A stretch of DNA of 64,000 nt from Catajapyx aquilonaris (Eukaryota): NCBI GenBank assembly GCA_000934665.2, contig JYFJ02001718.1, forward strand, positions 1-64,000. Reading direction: 5' to 3'. This document shows, one piece after another, positions 12,401-26,100 of this stretch (positions within the stretch are counted from its first letter, which is position 1; every line of letters begins with the position of its first letter). Both the position numbers and the translations under genes were made by a program. The notes under the pieces were generated by a model that was not told where the DNA came from, did no database searches, and was given only the letters and a program-made list of their open reading frames with translations.

Positions 12401-13429
12401 AAAAAAAATCATTAATTAAACGGATTTCCATTCATGTCAGGGCAAGAGTGATGCCGCCGGATGGTGACGTGATTAATCTTCATCTGCTTGATAATGGCGC
12501 GGGCGCTGATGTGACGCAACACGACGGGATTTACTCCAGGTTTTTTACAAAGTTCAGCAAGAAGGGGATATATCATGTGGATTGTTCCGTCAGAAAAAAC
12601 AAGCCCGCATTTTACGACAGGTTTTCCGCCAAATCAAGTACTAGTCAGCATTCAAATCTGGAAAAAGACATGCATTTCATACGATTTGAGTCAGCAGGGA
12701 ATTTTCAGGTATTGCTTTTTTCTGTCGCAGAGCATTGTTCAGGAAATGTGATGCATTATTTTACAGTGTACAAAGGAGGTTGACGAATCCGAAGACATTT
12801 TTCCTCCAAGCCGAGTGACCGACTTGTCAGTCAACATTGTGATGTCGCCTCGAGAATCAAATTTTACCAACTACACATTGAAAATTGAGTGGACTGCTAC
12901 AGGAGGTGACCTCGATGACGGACAAGGTAGGTCAAAATCTACAAGACATTATTTTACACAATGTAAAAACCTTAAAATATCAGCCTACAGGTACACCCTT
13001 AAGATGTCAACTGACTTCATCAGACTTCAAAAACATTTCGAAGCTCATCCTAACCTGACCTTGATATCGGATGACCACATTTTGGAAGGATCTCTGGAGC
13101 CTCTGAGATCGGGAGAGCAACAAGTGATAGTGTTGGATGGTGATGTGTTGGAATTAAAGCCATACACGATTTATTTCTTCGGACTAAAATCTTTTGATGA
13201 GAGAGGACACGACAGTGGAATTTCCAACGTGGCTTCTGTGGTCATAATTCCCGATGCTTTTAAGACTCTGGTTCAGGGACATGATCCCAGCAAAAACTCG
13301 ACCCATCCCTGGGGATTAGTTACAGGGCTGGTAATCGGATTTACACTTCTAATGACATTTACGGCGGCTGGTGTAATTTATTATCGGCGTAAAAAAAGAC
13401 GACGGCCTAAACCATACTGGCGAAGATAA
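9413..13429 (+). CDS. CLCA-family protein 3 (multi-exon); HExxH changed to HEWAR, TM-anchored
   Basis: MVCKWVVGVVFWSSVLS-IRFERNGYEDLVIGISPEVKEN; HEWARLRYGVFEE (10143-10157); vWA IVLVVDISGSM; LLDNGAGADVTQHDGIYSRF; TM WGLVTGLVIGFTLLMTFTAAGVIYY-RRKKRRR; AATAAA at the stop. Confidence 0.9.
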
Positions 13430-13520
13430 ATAAAAGTTCTTTCCAATCAACCAGTGTCATTTTTTTGCGGTCAGGAATTTCCTCTAGCTTTCATCCTTCA
13501 TGTAGATTAAGATACAACGA

Positions 13521-13816
13521 ATGTCCCATCAGCACCGGTACGTTGTGCATATTTTGTATGCAGAGTCAAATGTCCGCTGTTCTTGCAGGTTCCTCGCATT
13601 GTCAATCCTCAAGAAACAAAGGTCAGCATTGTTGCCGAAGTACAACTAAGGAAGTTCTCCAGTTCTCAGAGCTGATGTCAGGCATATTGTTTCTATTAAT
13701 AGTGCGCATTTAATTGGACATTAATTGGCTAATAGCCAAGGTGTCTAGGCCAGTGTTCCTGGACCTTTACGACACTGGAGTCGGAGCCGAAAGCGATGGT
13801 GTGTACACCAGGTACT
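13521..13816 (+). pseudogene. Decayed CLCA fragment, copy of CLCA-4 segment 16772-17098
   Basis: Near-identity to CLCA-4 exons and introns (GTCAATCCTCAAGAAACAAAGGTCAGCATTGTTGCCGAAGT; FLDLYDTGVGA..DGVYTRY), with 1-nt insertions, internal deletions and a mutated splice donor. Confidence 0.85.
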
Positions 13817-14080
13817 GTCATGTAATTTTAACCAACATTTTTATGTATTTATGGCATAATTTTTACATGCTCATAAACCGTACTGAAACGTCTCGAATGT
13901 CATTTTGTGCGGTTAGATATTTCCTGTAGCCTCACCCCCATCAACAGATTAAGATTTAAAAATATAATGTGAGCATCGGACTCATGACAGGATTTTCCTG
14001 TTTGTCAAACCAGATATATGCATTCAAAATTTGGTGATTTTATATCACTCTTGTGCGTGCTCTTGTGGGATCATTCGACA

Positions 14081-17000
14081 ATGGCTGCACGTCTGATCGT
14101 GGCCATCTCTGCCACGATTTGCATACAAACTTGTTTCGGCGCCAGTGTTCTTCACATTAGAGACAACGGATACGAGAATGTATTGGTTGGAATTTCGCCT
14201 GATGTACCGGAGGACCCACAAATCATCGACTCCATCAAGGTATGTTCATGCCCTGTCACTTTGCCACGGTCAAGTAATTTCAATAATAATTAACAGGAGC
14301 TGTTTGTGAATTCGAGCGCCTTTTTGCATCGGGCTATGCGCGGAAGAGCATACTTCAAGGATGTGAAAATTTTGATTCCTAAAACCTGGACTCAGTCCAA
14401 GCATGACGTAGAAACTGATGATGTCTACGAGGTGAGACCTTGGTTTAAAAAACAAATCCGAATAAAATGTGAGTAAAAAATTAATCCCAATTTTTCAGGA
14501 CAGTCATATCAGAATCGATGTTCCGAATGAGCTTCACGGAGACATTCCTTATGCCAAGCAAACTAGAGGATGTGGAGAGCCTGGTGACTTCATTCACCTC
14601 ACACCTTCGTTTCTTCTAGAATTGAAGGACAAAACATGGGAAAATTTTGGCGACCCAGGTAACGTGTCAATCACAATATGGTTTTGCAGAGTAATTAATT
14701 TTTTTGATTACAGCAAAGGTGCTGGTGCATGAATGGGCCCACTTGAGATACGGAGTGTTCGACGAACACGGTTACCCTGAAGACGAACACTACCCATTTT
14801 TCTATAGAAGTAGTTCTGGAAAAATATTGCCCACTTCATGTGCCAACAAACCAGTGGACGGATACAGATGGTATGTTCAAAGTGACGGGTAGTCTTACAA
14901 TATTTTTCAGTCGATTAGAGCAATATTATTTCACTAAAATTCAACACGCCATTTTCCTGCTGACTTCTAAGAAACGTCTACTGAATTAAAATGCCGTTAT
15001 CTATTTAAAGGGACAAGAACACGTACGGCACATGCAACATAGACCGAGAAACGGGTCTTCCAGATAAAAACTGCTACTTCAGTCCTTTCGAAGAAAGTGA
15101 TGCCCACAGTTCCATCATGTCCTTCTCTTTCCTAGAAACGGTATATTCCACAGCGTTTCCTTCAGAGGCCACATAATCATCATGATGATTATTATTAACC
15201 GTTTCAGGTGGACACATTTTGTGACGACACTAGGGAAAATAGACACAATGCGGAGGCGCCGACCAAACAAAATGTGTTGTGCAATTACAGAAGCACGTGG
15301 GATGTCATTACGAGCAATCCTGATTTCCGAAACAACAGGTAGGTGTGACTTTTCGCATGTTTGCAAAGAGATGATGCTAATCAGATTGCATAAACTTGTC
15401 AAGAAATCCGCCTGCGAACATCTCCAACACGGCGCCCACGTTCACGGTGATTCGGAAGGAAAACCCGAGATTTGTGTTGGTGGCTGATATTTCGTCCAGC
15501 ATGCAAGGGGTATTGTTACGTAATAATTTTAAAAAGTAATTAGAAACATGTACTATAGCAGGGTCTTAACTATACACGTATATTTGTATGAAGGATCGAA
15601 TTGAACGCCTGGCGCACACATCTAGAAATTGGATCAAGTATGACCTGCCAGATGACACCTTGTTAGGAATAGTCCAGTTTGGGTAATTAATCTTATAGAG
15701 AGTGCAAATATTTTTTGACAATATTTGTGATAATTATGTACACGTAATTATTTCCAGAACATCCGCTCAGATAGTTGCTGGAATGACTCGAGTGACAGCA
15801 TCAAGCAGGCCAAGGCTTATCAACCTGGTTCCTAGCACAGTGTCGGGCAGTACTTGTATCGGATGTGGGATGGAAATGGCCAGAAGTGTAAGCATAATAA
15901 TTGTCCGGCGCAATTAGTACTGTGTACTAATTAAAATGTATACAGTTGCTCAAAAAAGGAGGAACCATTCTATTGATCACTGATGGTGGAGAGAACGAGT
16001 CCCCAAGGATTGCTGACGTGGTGGACAATTTGGTTCGAGCTGACATACGTGTGATCACGCTTGCTTTTACGTAAGTTAACCGAAGAAGTTGGTTAACATT
16101 TTGAACTATATTTATTTTGGAATTGTTTAGAGACGCTGCTGACAGCAAAATTGAGGATTTGGCTGAGAGGACCAAGGGGTTGAGTTTTTTTGTGAAAAAC
16201 TACCAGGACTTCTCTCAGGCTTTTAAAGCTTCCACAACAAGCCAGTCTGGAGTGTCTGTTGGAGAGCGAGATGTCATCGTAATAAATTTTTTATTACATT
16301 TTAGTATGATTATAGTGCTGTTAGTTGTTACACACTATCCATTTAATACCGGTAATGTTTTTTGGCAGTTGTACGACGAACAAATTACGAAATCAACCGT
16401 TTTTGATGATCAATTCGTTGTCGATGGTTCCACAGGGAAAGATTTTGTCTTCCAAGTTGACTTTAGGAGAAAAGAGTTTGTAACACACTTTGCACTGATT
16501 TCTCCTTCCGGAATGCGATTTACACCATCAAACGCCAATTACGACAGTCTGGGAGCATACAGGATCATGCAAAGTCAGGCCGAGGTTTGCTGTAAATATT
16601 TTTAAAAGCAATATATGTATATGTTATTTTAAACTGCACATTTCTTTTTTAAAGGTTGGACAGTGGAATTTCACAATCATCCTGTCGTCTGCACAATCTA
16701 ACGACTTTGCCAGAATCTCAGTCAAAGCAAAACCAAGAAACTCCACATTTATCTCGCAGTTAATTCACACCAAATGCTCCATCAGCACAGGTACGTTATT
16801 TAGCATATTTTGGATGCTTTTATCCTAACTCGTTTGCGCAGGTTCCTCGCCTGTCAATCCTCAAGAAACAAAGGTCAGCATTGTTGCCGAAGTGCAACAA
16901 GGAAGCTCTCCAGTTTTAGGAGCTGACGTCAGGTACATTGTTTCTACTGATGATGCTGAATGAATTTAATTTGACAATACTTTTTGTGGTTCAGAGCTAA

Positions 17001-18168
17001 GGTGTCCAGACCGGACAAACCTCCTGTTTTCCTGGACCTGTACGACACCGGAGTCGGAGCTGACATCACAGCCAACGACGGTGTGTACACCAGGTACTTC
17101 ACAGACTACACCCGGAAGGGACGTTACTCAGTCCAATGCCTGGTGAGCAACACCGGAAGAGCCAGGGTCAGGAAGGGCTTCCTGGCCTCCACCGTCTTTC
17201 CCAGGAAACCAGGCAAGTCATACAAACCTCACTAAAAAACGATTATTTAATAGTTATGTAACATGATTGGTACAGCATTGTTGGAAAACGTGTGCTGCGG
17301 AAATCAGGAAGTTTTGGACTCGATTCCAATAGAGGCGTTCACACGACAGTCGACAGCAGGGTCATTTCAGGTTAGACCTTTATTTATTTATTCACTGCCC
17401 CGTATAGTTAATTTTACATGAAACATAAGAGAATAATGTATTTTCCGATGCAGGTGTCGGTTGACATCCCGCCGGACGTGGACTTCTTTCCGCCTGGACG
17501 AGTGACGGACCTGACTGTGTCTGTTGTCCACGTGGAAAACCGGACAGTGGCCATTTCGCTGAACAACCTGGATTCCTCAATTTCATCAATGTATACCTTC
17601 AAAATGACTTGGACGTCGCCTGGAGACGATCTGGACCAAGGGACAGGTAGTGTCTACAACATATTTGGATAAACATATTTCTAACATATTTTTTTGTACA
17701 GTTTATAGATATGTCGTGAAAGTGTCGAAACATCTAGAAGCATTGAAGTACGATCACGAGAACATCACAATTGTGACAGAAGATGACCTTCTGGAAGGTT
17801 CTCTGACCCCATCCGAAGCTGGAGATGTTCATTCGATAGTCCTAAACAGGACGTCCATGGAGTTTGAAACGGATGTCACTTATTTTTTCGGATTGGTGTC
17901 ATTCGACGATGGTGACCTTTTCAGCGACCTGTCCAACACACCTTTCGCATATTTTCCAAGCCAGATAGAACCAGAACCAGCACCAGAACCAGAACAACAC
18001 TATGTCCTGGTATGGATCTCCCAAAATACAATACTATTTGGGATCTATGTCACTACATTAATTCTGGCCACTATAGTGATAACTCTAGCCATAATTATGT
18101 ACCGCAGAAGGTCCCATACAGGCCGGATGGTGATGTACAAAAAGCATCAGGACACAATCAAAATGTAA
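14081..18168 (+). CDS. CLCA-family protein 4 (multi-exon), canonical architecture with TM
   Basis: MAARLIVAISATICIQTCFG-ASVLHIRDNGYENVLVGISPDVPEDP; HEWAHLRYGVFDEH (14728-14742); MIDAS FVLVADISSSM; CIGCGM; LYDTGVGADITANDGVYTRY; TM ILFGIYVTTLILATIVITLAIIMY-RRR; AATAAA at the stop. Confidence 0.93.
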
Positions 18169-18453
18169 TAAAAATTATTATATCTTCAAAATGTATATCT
18201 TGGAAATAAAAATGAGTCGCAATATGTTGTGGCCGGATGTATTTGAAGAAGTGTAGGAGTTTTCTCTCCTGAAGTTGACCTCGGAGTGCTGATATCTGAA
18301 GTTCTCTTCCGCTCCGAGTACACGTCATATTTTTTAGTAGGTCTCTATATGGTGATTATTTCACCGGAAGTTTTACCCCCCCCTATATATTAGAGTAAAC
18401 GCGTCCAGAGTTGGGTCCATTTGTTTGTTGGGAACCACTTTTTATATACAGTC

Positions 18454-21400
18454 ATGACCTCCAGAGGAAGGTTCCAGGCGTTGGTGTTGTTAGCCCTCTG
18501 TGGCCGGTGGTGTTCAGGCTCAGGGATTGTTCAGATCAAGAACAATGGATACGAAGGTGTGATTGTTGCAATATCGCCAAATGTGGATGAAGACCAAGCG
18601 ATCATCAGAGGAATTGAGGTAAGTTTTGCAGTGATTTGAGGCAATGATCTTCATACAAGGAAAATGGCAGATTATTATTCTCTCTAATAATCGGGTTTGA
18701 AATTAGGCTGCATCAGTTCATTCCTGGTAAGAACAGCCGTACGTATATTTCTGTAATATCTTATGCACATGCCATGAGTGGAATTATTATGTCAAGTTAA
18801 AGTTGGGTTCGTGAAGTTCTGATCTCATTCTGACGAAATGGGCGCACATATATCCTTCCTGTTCCTCCCTCGAGTTGGGGACATCCTCAGTTCCTGTTTA
18901 CAACCGACTTGATAAACTGAGTGTCAACATCAATGCGATTAAAGGCCATCTTTTAAAGCACAATTCACGTGATGCTGTTGGTTCCAAACTATAATTGTCT
19001 GTATGAAATGTAACGACCTGCTTCCATCATTTTGCTTCCAGACGTTGTTTACTGGCGCCAGCTCCTTTTTGTATCGAGCCACTCGCAATAGGGCCTTCTT
19101 CAGTGATATCAAGATATTAATTCCGTCAAACTGGACCAAAACCAGGGTCGATAAACACACGGATGATCTATACGAGGTATGACATAAATTACACGCTTGA
19201 TGGAAGAAACTGGAGCGTGATCTACTTATAAAAACCCTTATCCTTTTGGGCTTGACAGGATTCTCATTTTCGAATTGAGAACGAGGACATTGTTCCATAT
19301 ACTCAGCAAACCAGGGGATGCGGAGAGGAAGGTGATTTTGTACAAATGTCCAAAACTTTCCTGATGGATTTATCTGGAAAAACTACTGTGGACTATGGAA
19401 ATCCTGGTACGCAACTACTAAATAAATTATAGGAAACGCTTCTTCGTGCAAGTTGCTTTTTCAGAAAAGTAATTTTTACTGTTCTGACTTTTGTTATCAG
19501 CTAAGGTCATAGTTCATGAATGGGCACATTTACGTTACGGAGTATTTGACGAACATGGTGTACCTGGAGACTCCAAATATCCATTCATGTACCGAAAAGG
19601 CAGCGGAGAAGTTGGTGTCAACTCATGCTCAACTAAAACACTGAACGGAACTACCTGGTGAGAATAATAATACAAGCCTATTATAATATTATATTTAATA
19701 TTATAAAAAAATAATAATTTATTATCAGGGACCACACCACAGGAGATGATTGCAAAGTGGATTCGACTGGATTACCTGATAACAACTGCTTGTTTTACCC
19801 GAACCCGGACAACGACGTTCACACTTCGCTGATGTCATTTTCCTTTATCGAATCAGTAAGTCGACGGGAAACTGTGGGGAGAGAAAGTAAACCTCAAGTT
19901 TTCCGTTCGGGAAAACGCATAACCGAACTTTATATTTAGCACATTATTATGTAACATTTTTCCGGTACGCAGGTGGACACATTTTGCGACGACACCCCTG
20001 CAAACATGCACCAATGGGAGGCACCGAACAAGCACAATTTACTGTGCAATTACAGGAGCACTTGGGACGTCATAAGCAGCCATCAAGATTTCGCACGTGG
20101 CAACAACCGTCCTGCAAATATACAAAATGTCAGGCCCATATTCACCGTGGTTCAAGCAGACACAGCTAGGTTCGTCCTAGTGGCGGACATTTCCAGCAGC
20201 ATGAACGACGATGTGAGCTTTTAACATATGTCGAGAGTGTAATACGGACAATGCATGGAAATAAAACGCTTTTGTTTTGTTTGACTTGCAGCAAAAAATT
20301 GACCGGTTGTATAGAGCTGCACGGAGGTGGATCAAATATGAGCTTCCAGATGGTGTTTCATTGGGCATTGTCCAGTTCAGGTACGGATTTTTGTTAATAA
20401 CTGAAATTAATTTCATAAACTTCGATCGTGTCCTACAGTACATCAGCTCGGATTGTGTCTCCGATCATCAGAGTGGACAGCACCTCCAGAGAACTTCTGA
20501 TGAACATGGTACCGCACACAGCTGAAGGAAATACCTGCATAGGCTGTGCACTGGAACTGGCAAAGAGTGTAAGAACTTTTATCATTTTAAACTGCGTTTA
20601 TTATTAACAGTCGTTTAACACTTGTGATGCACTAGATGCTGAAAAATGGAGGAGTTATCTTGCTGATTAGCGACGGAATGGAAAACGAAGCGCCGTACAT
20701 GGACGACATAACTCCGTCCTATGTCGGTACCGGTGTACGAGTCGTCAGCGTTGCGTTCACGTAAGTACTTATCTCTTTTCAACAAACGTGGGCCTCAGAC
20801 TGTCCACAAAGTTACATAGTCCTCACATAGATGGAGCATTCTCCCTCTCTGCACACTCCCGCCACTCTATGCGGAGAAAATTGGTACTCTCACCTCGGAC
20901 AAACAAATGGAAAAAAGAGACAGAACCGATTTTTTATGTAATGGTTAGTCCTACGTACGCAGTCATATAATCTGGTTTAATTTGTGTAGTGACCAAGCTG
21001 ACCCTAAAATTGAACGACTGGCCGAACTTACCAATGGTAAGAGCTACTTTGTGCGTGATTACCAGGAACTATCACAGGCTCTGATTGGATCCGAGACATT
21101 CCAACCAGCTGGCCTACAACAAGAGAAAGAACTATCGGTAAGATTCAGGTTGCTGGAGCGAACAATCTCCATATTCTCCCCCCCATTTGCATAAATATGA
21201 AATTAATGCGGCATGAATTTCTCAGCTGTACGAGAAGCAGTTTACCGGTATCGGCTCTCAGTACGGAACCTTCGCAGTGGACGACACGACAGGACGAGAC
21301 TTCGTGTTTCAAGTGGACTACAGCGAAAGGGCGTACATCGGATCGTTGCGTCTGTACAGTCCGGCTGGGAGGACATACTCGGAGGCCGATGTCCACTGGG

Positions 21401-22956
21401 ACACAGATGGTCATGTTGGACAAATCAACGAGCCATTGGCACAGGTATGCAATCAGTGACGCGTAACATACTGTGTAACAATGCGATTAAAACATTTCCT
21501 GTACATCGTATAGGTGGGACCGTGGAGATTTACTCTTGGATTGAACCAAAGAGGAGACAAGAACTTTGCGGTTGTGACAGTGAAGACAAAAGCGAGGGAA
21601 CATACGACTGAGCCAATCTACACCAAGTGCTGGATAAGTTCAGGCAAGTCTTCCCTAATGTTTTTTTTGTGAATTAATTGTTATTAAAGTACTGCAAGTA
21701 ACCATGAAATTGCGCAGGTTCGTCTGCAGATCCGCGTAGCAAAAAGGTGGTCATTTTTGGAGAAGTTAAACAAGGAAATAAGCCAGTGATTGGAGCCCAT
21801 GTTCAGTAAGTATTTTTGATGTAAATACCAATATATTTGTTACTTTATGTCTTACTTATTTTGTTATTAGAGCTCTGGTGACACGTCCAGAGGAAGCCCC
21901 AGTGACAATAAAACTGCTGGACAACGGTGCAGGAGCTGACATAACTAGAAACGACGGTATATACTCTCGGTACTTCACTGCTTTTACTAAGAAAGGTCGC
22001 TACGGAGTTCAGTGTCAGGTTTGGAACGAAGGAACAGCGACTCTTGATATCGGATTTCACGGGTCAAAGGTCCTTCCGAGGAGGCCTGAACTGATCAACC
22101 AAATGACCTCTGGTGACAATGGCTCCAATAGTTCTCAGGAATTGGGAGTTTTTACCAGGCACGCAACTGCTGGATCATTCCAGGTGATTGACGTTCAATT
22201 TTGTTGTAGGTGGTGTTGCAAACCTTCAGCAGTCAGTCTCATGTATGGTAATTGCATATGTTTCTCCGTTTCAGATTACTGAAGATATTGATACTGATCA
22301 AGACACGATGCCCCCTAGTCGGATTACTGACCTTGACGTGAGAATGGTCAGTGTTAAGGAGAGATTCCAGTACAACTTGAATGGTGAGAGCATACAACAA
22401 ACACTGATGCTGTCCTGGACATCCACAGGCGACGATTATGACGAAGGAAGAGGTGAGCACTGTTTGTTATACAGTTGTTAGGCGCATGGTGACACTTGCC
22501 TTAATTGCAGCTGACACTCTGGTACTGAAAATGTCGACCAATATCAGCCAACTGAGATACTACTTCCACAATCCGTCGCCTGAATTGGTCGAAATCACCG
22601 ACAACTCTCTATGGGAAGGTTCGCTGTCACCAATGGAAGGAGGCACCGTCCATGCAGTCACACTTAACCCGGACGTTCTGAACATATCTGTCAACACAGA
22701 GTACTATTTTGCTCTGAAGGCTTACGACGAAACCAGACAAGAAAGTCCTTTGTCTAACATCCCCAGAGGTTGGATCCAATGGCAAAAAGAACTGCCGGAG
22801 TCCAAATCATTTTCAAGTCTGCACTACGTCATAATCATCGTGGCAGCGGTGTGTCTTCTCCTAATGATAGCGATCATCTTGCTTTTCTACATGATCAGAA
22901 ACAAACAGCAGTCTGACAGCCTGACTGTCCTACAGTACAAACCCAACAAAGTGTGA
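18454..22956 (+). CDS. CLCA-family protein 5 (multi-exon), canonical architecture with TM
   Basis: MTSRGRFQALVLLALCGRWCSG-SGIVQIKNNGYEGVIVAISPNVDED; HEWAHLRYGVFDEH (19515-19529); MIDAS FVLVADISSSM; LLDNGAGADITRNDGIYSRY; TM YVIIIVAAVCLLLMIAIILLFYMI; AATAAA at 22975. Confidence 0.93.
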
Positions 22957-23114
22957 CAATGTACCTACAAACCAAATAAATCCGCGATTTAAGACAGTGT
23001 GCTTTTTTCTTCCTTCAATCCGGCCGAACATAATACAGGATGTGACGCATTCTCAGCTGCCAAAGGGGGGAAAAATGTGTCAAGGAAGCCAGAAAGTCGT
23101 GGTCAGAAGTCGAC

Positions 23115-26100
23115 ATGTCAGGGCTGAGATTGGTGCTCATCATTTTGGTTGTCACTTGGAAGTGTTCTGCTATCGACATACGCGATGGAGGATATGTCGA
23201 TGTTGTGCTGGAAATTTCATCCGAAGTTAAGGAAGATCCAAAACTCATCGAGAGAATACAGGTACGTTGATGCAAATTTACTATGGCTCAATAATTGCAG
23301 AAATTAATTGCATTACATGTTAATGAGAGGCAATGTGCTGCTATTTATAAGACTAACAAACAGTGTTGTCTAACCAGCTGGATAAATCCTATCGTTCCAC
23401 ATATGAAAACGCTGATTTGATTAGCCTCTATAGGCGTAAAATTTTTAATTGAAGAACATATTAATTTGCAGATTTTTATTGTCGAATAGGAATTGCTGAC
23501 GAACACCAGTCACTTCCTATTCCAAGCTATGCGAGGTACCGCATATTTCAAGGAGGTTAAAATTGCGATTCCTTCCAACTGGAGCATGACAGCATCGGTT
23601 ACAGAATCACCAGACGTCGGGTACCGAGTAAGTTTACCATATTCATCAAGTCGAGTCGTTACACGTGTTATCTCTTGACATTGAAGAAAGGTCCCCCGGG
23701 GCCGAGTTATTTTCCTCACCATGCAGGAAAACCATAAAGATAAATAATCATCTTTTTATAGCATGCAGATGTACGGATTATTCAGGACTCCGATAGTTCC
23801 TTGGCTCCTTACACACGTCATACCAAAGGCTGTGGTGAATCTGGAGAATATATTGTCCTCGCCACTTCCTTCCTCCAAGGCCTGGCACATGACACTCCGA
23901 GACACTTCGGAGATCCAGGTATCACATGACAAGATCTATAACATCGCCCGGATATGTATAATAATGATGAATTATTTTGAAGGCAAGGTGATGGTTCACG
24001 AATGGGCTCACTTTCGGTACGGAGTTTTCGACGAGGTTGGTGACCCAAATGACCCAAGATTTCCTCCACATTATGTCAATGACCAAGGACAAGTGGTGCC
24101 TACTGTATGCTCTGTCCATGAAATGAAAGGGCGATATCTGGAAATGCTAACCGGACAGATGTTTGTACCTGACGAGGTGCAAAACACATCAGCGTCAATC
24201 ATGTCTTATCCATATTTCGCGACGTCGTTTTGCGATGACACGGACGAAAATCGGCACAACAAGGAAGCTCCCACGGCTCAGAACTATTTCTGCGGAAATC
24301 GGAGCGTCTGGGATGTAATCAGAGGCCACCCAGACTTTCAGGGCAAAAAGTGAGCCATTAATTTGAAAACCTTCACTTGGAAAATGATCAGAGTCACACA
24401 TTTTTATGCCAAGAATTTTTCTCTAGTAAAATGAGTGATCCCACCATAAATCACTTCATGACTGCTCTTCACTTGAATAGTGATTAAACATATCGGCGCT
24501 CAAATTTTACTGCATTTTTTTTTCTCCAGAAGCATTACTGTACATCCAGAACAGACCAGGTTCGTAATAGTAAAATCTCAAGCAAGTGATTCACCATGGC
24601 CAAGAAACAATGAACGTGACTTCACACTTAATGTGTTACCAAGAAATCCAGGTATGCAAAGCAGGAGGTGAGAGTACTTTATGCACATATGCTAACCATT
24701 AAATATTTGCATGGAAGCTCTACTATACAACAAATCGGACAGCACTGCGAAGAAATTGGTCGATATTCTGGAGGAAAATCGGCGAAGAGTGAGCTCTACA
24801 TAAATGACATATGCGTGCACCTTATTGTGTAGATTAATTTTTACAATTATTTTTTTATTTCAGCAATATGCAACTACAGTCCTTTCTGAGCTCGAATCTA
24901 GTACATTTACCGAGCAATTTACCGCAAATGAAATCTGGGAAAACGAGATGACAGAAAACACGATTCCTGCTGAGAGCGACATTGGCAATGCGAAAAGTGA
25001 AATTGCATCCAGCACTTGGGCCACACACAAAGGTGACGAGGTCACGCAAATTATGGCCAGAAACCAGACGCCAGCGAATTCCGAAACCAGCAGTGTCTGG
25101 GTAACGACCCCACAGTACATGTCGTTTAATGGTACCGACACAACGACTCCGGACCAGACAGACAGCAGCGTACAACATTACAATGATTCGGATTACACGG
25201 TGAGCATATCGGGTGTACATATGAAATATTCATGCCAAGTGCTGCCGGTAATAACTGACGTCATTGTTATTCAGGAAATAACTACACCAGTGGGTACTTC
25301 AATTATTACGACAGAGAGTGATGAGTCAGATGTTGAAGGCGGCACGTGGAAGTACAACACGACACACACGGTACAGCCGGTATATTATTGTTGGCGAGCA
25401 ATAAATATTGAGGCAGTTTACTGTTTCAGATGACACCTGATATTACAGCTCATGAAGCAACCACGGCTGAAACTATTCCTAGCACTACATGTCGACTAGA
25501 TCATGTGACAACAGTAATTTTACAATATAAATTAACCTTTTATATAATTTAATAAATGTAGTCTGATATTACAAAACATAACGATACCAAATTGTTTCAG
25601 GTACTACAAGAAACATCTACTGTTCAACTAGACCATCACACGATAGAGGTGATTACGAAATAATTGCAGCAATTTCAGCAATACCTTTCTACTGTATAAT
25701 TTTAGCAAGTGATGCAAACTGTAACATAACTCGTTTGTTGTTGATATGAAGGCTGGCTATAATTTCAGGTGAAACCCGACACAACCACTGAGGGTCACAC
25801 AACAGAGGTGATTATAAATGCCAAATGGTGCAATGGTTGACATTCTGATGGCGTCACACACTCTATAAAAAGAGATAAATCTGATCCTTTTTCCTTGGCT
25901 TGTCGTTTTGTGCAAGTCAACACTTGATAAAAGATTGGCCAAACTTATTTTCAGACACAGGAAACAACCACTGTTCACACGTTGTTGGAGCTGACAGTCA
26001 CCGATCTCAAGGCCTCTGTGTCAGCATGCTCCATGACCCACGCCGGAAGATGGGATTTTAAGATGACCCTGACCTGGACACTTCCAAAAACCATCAAGGG

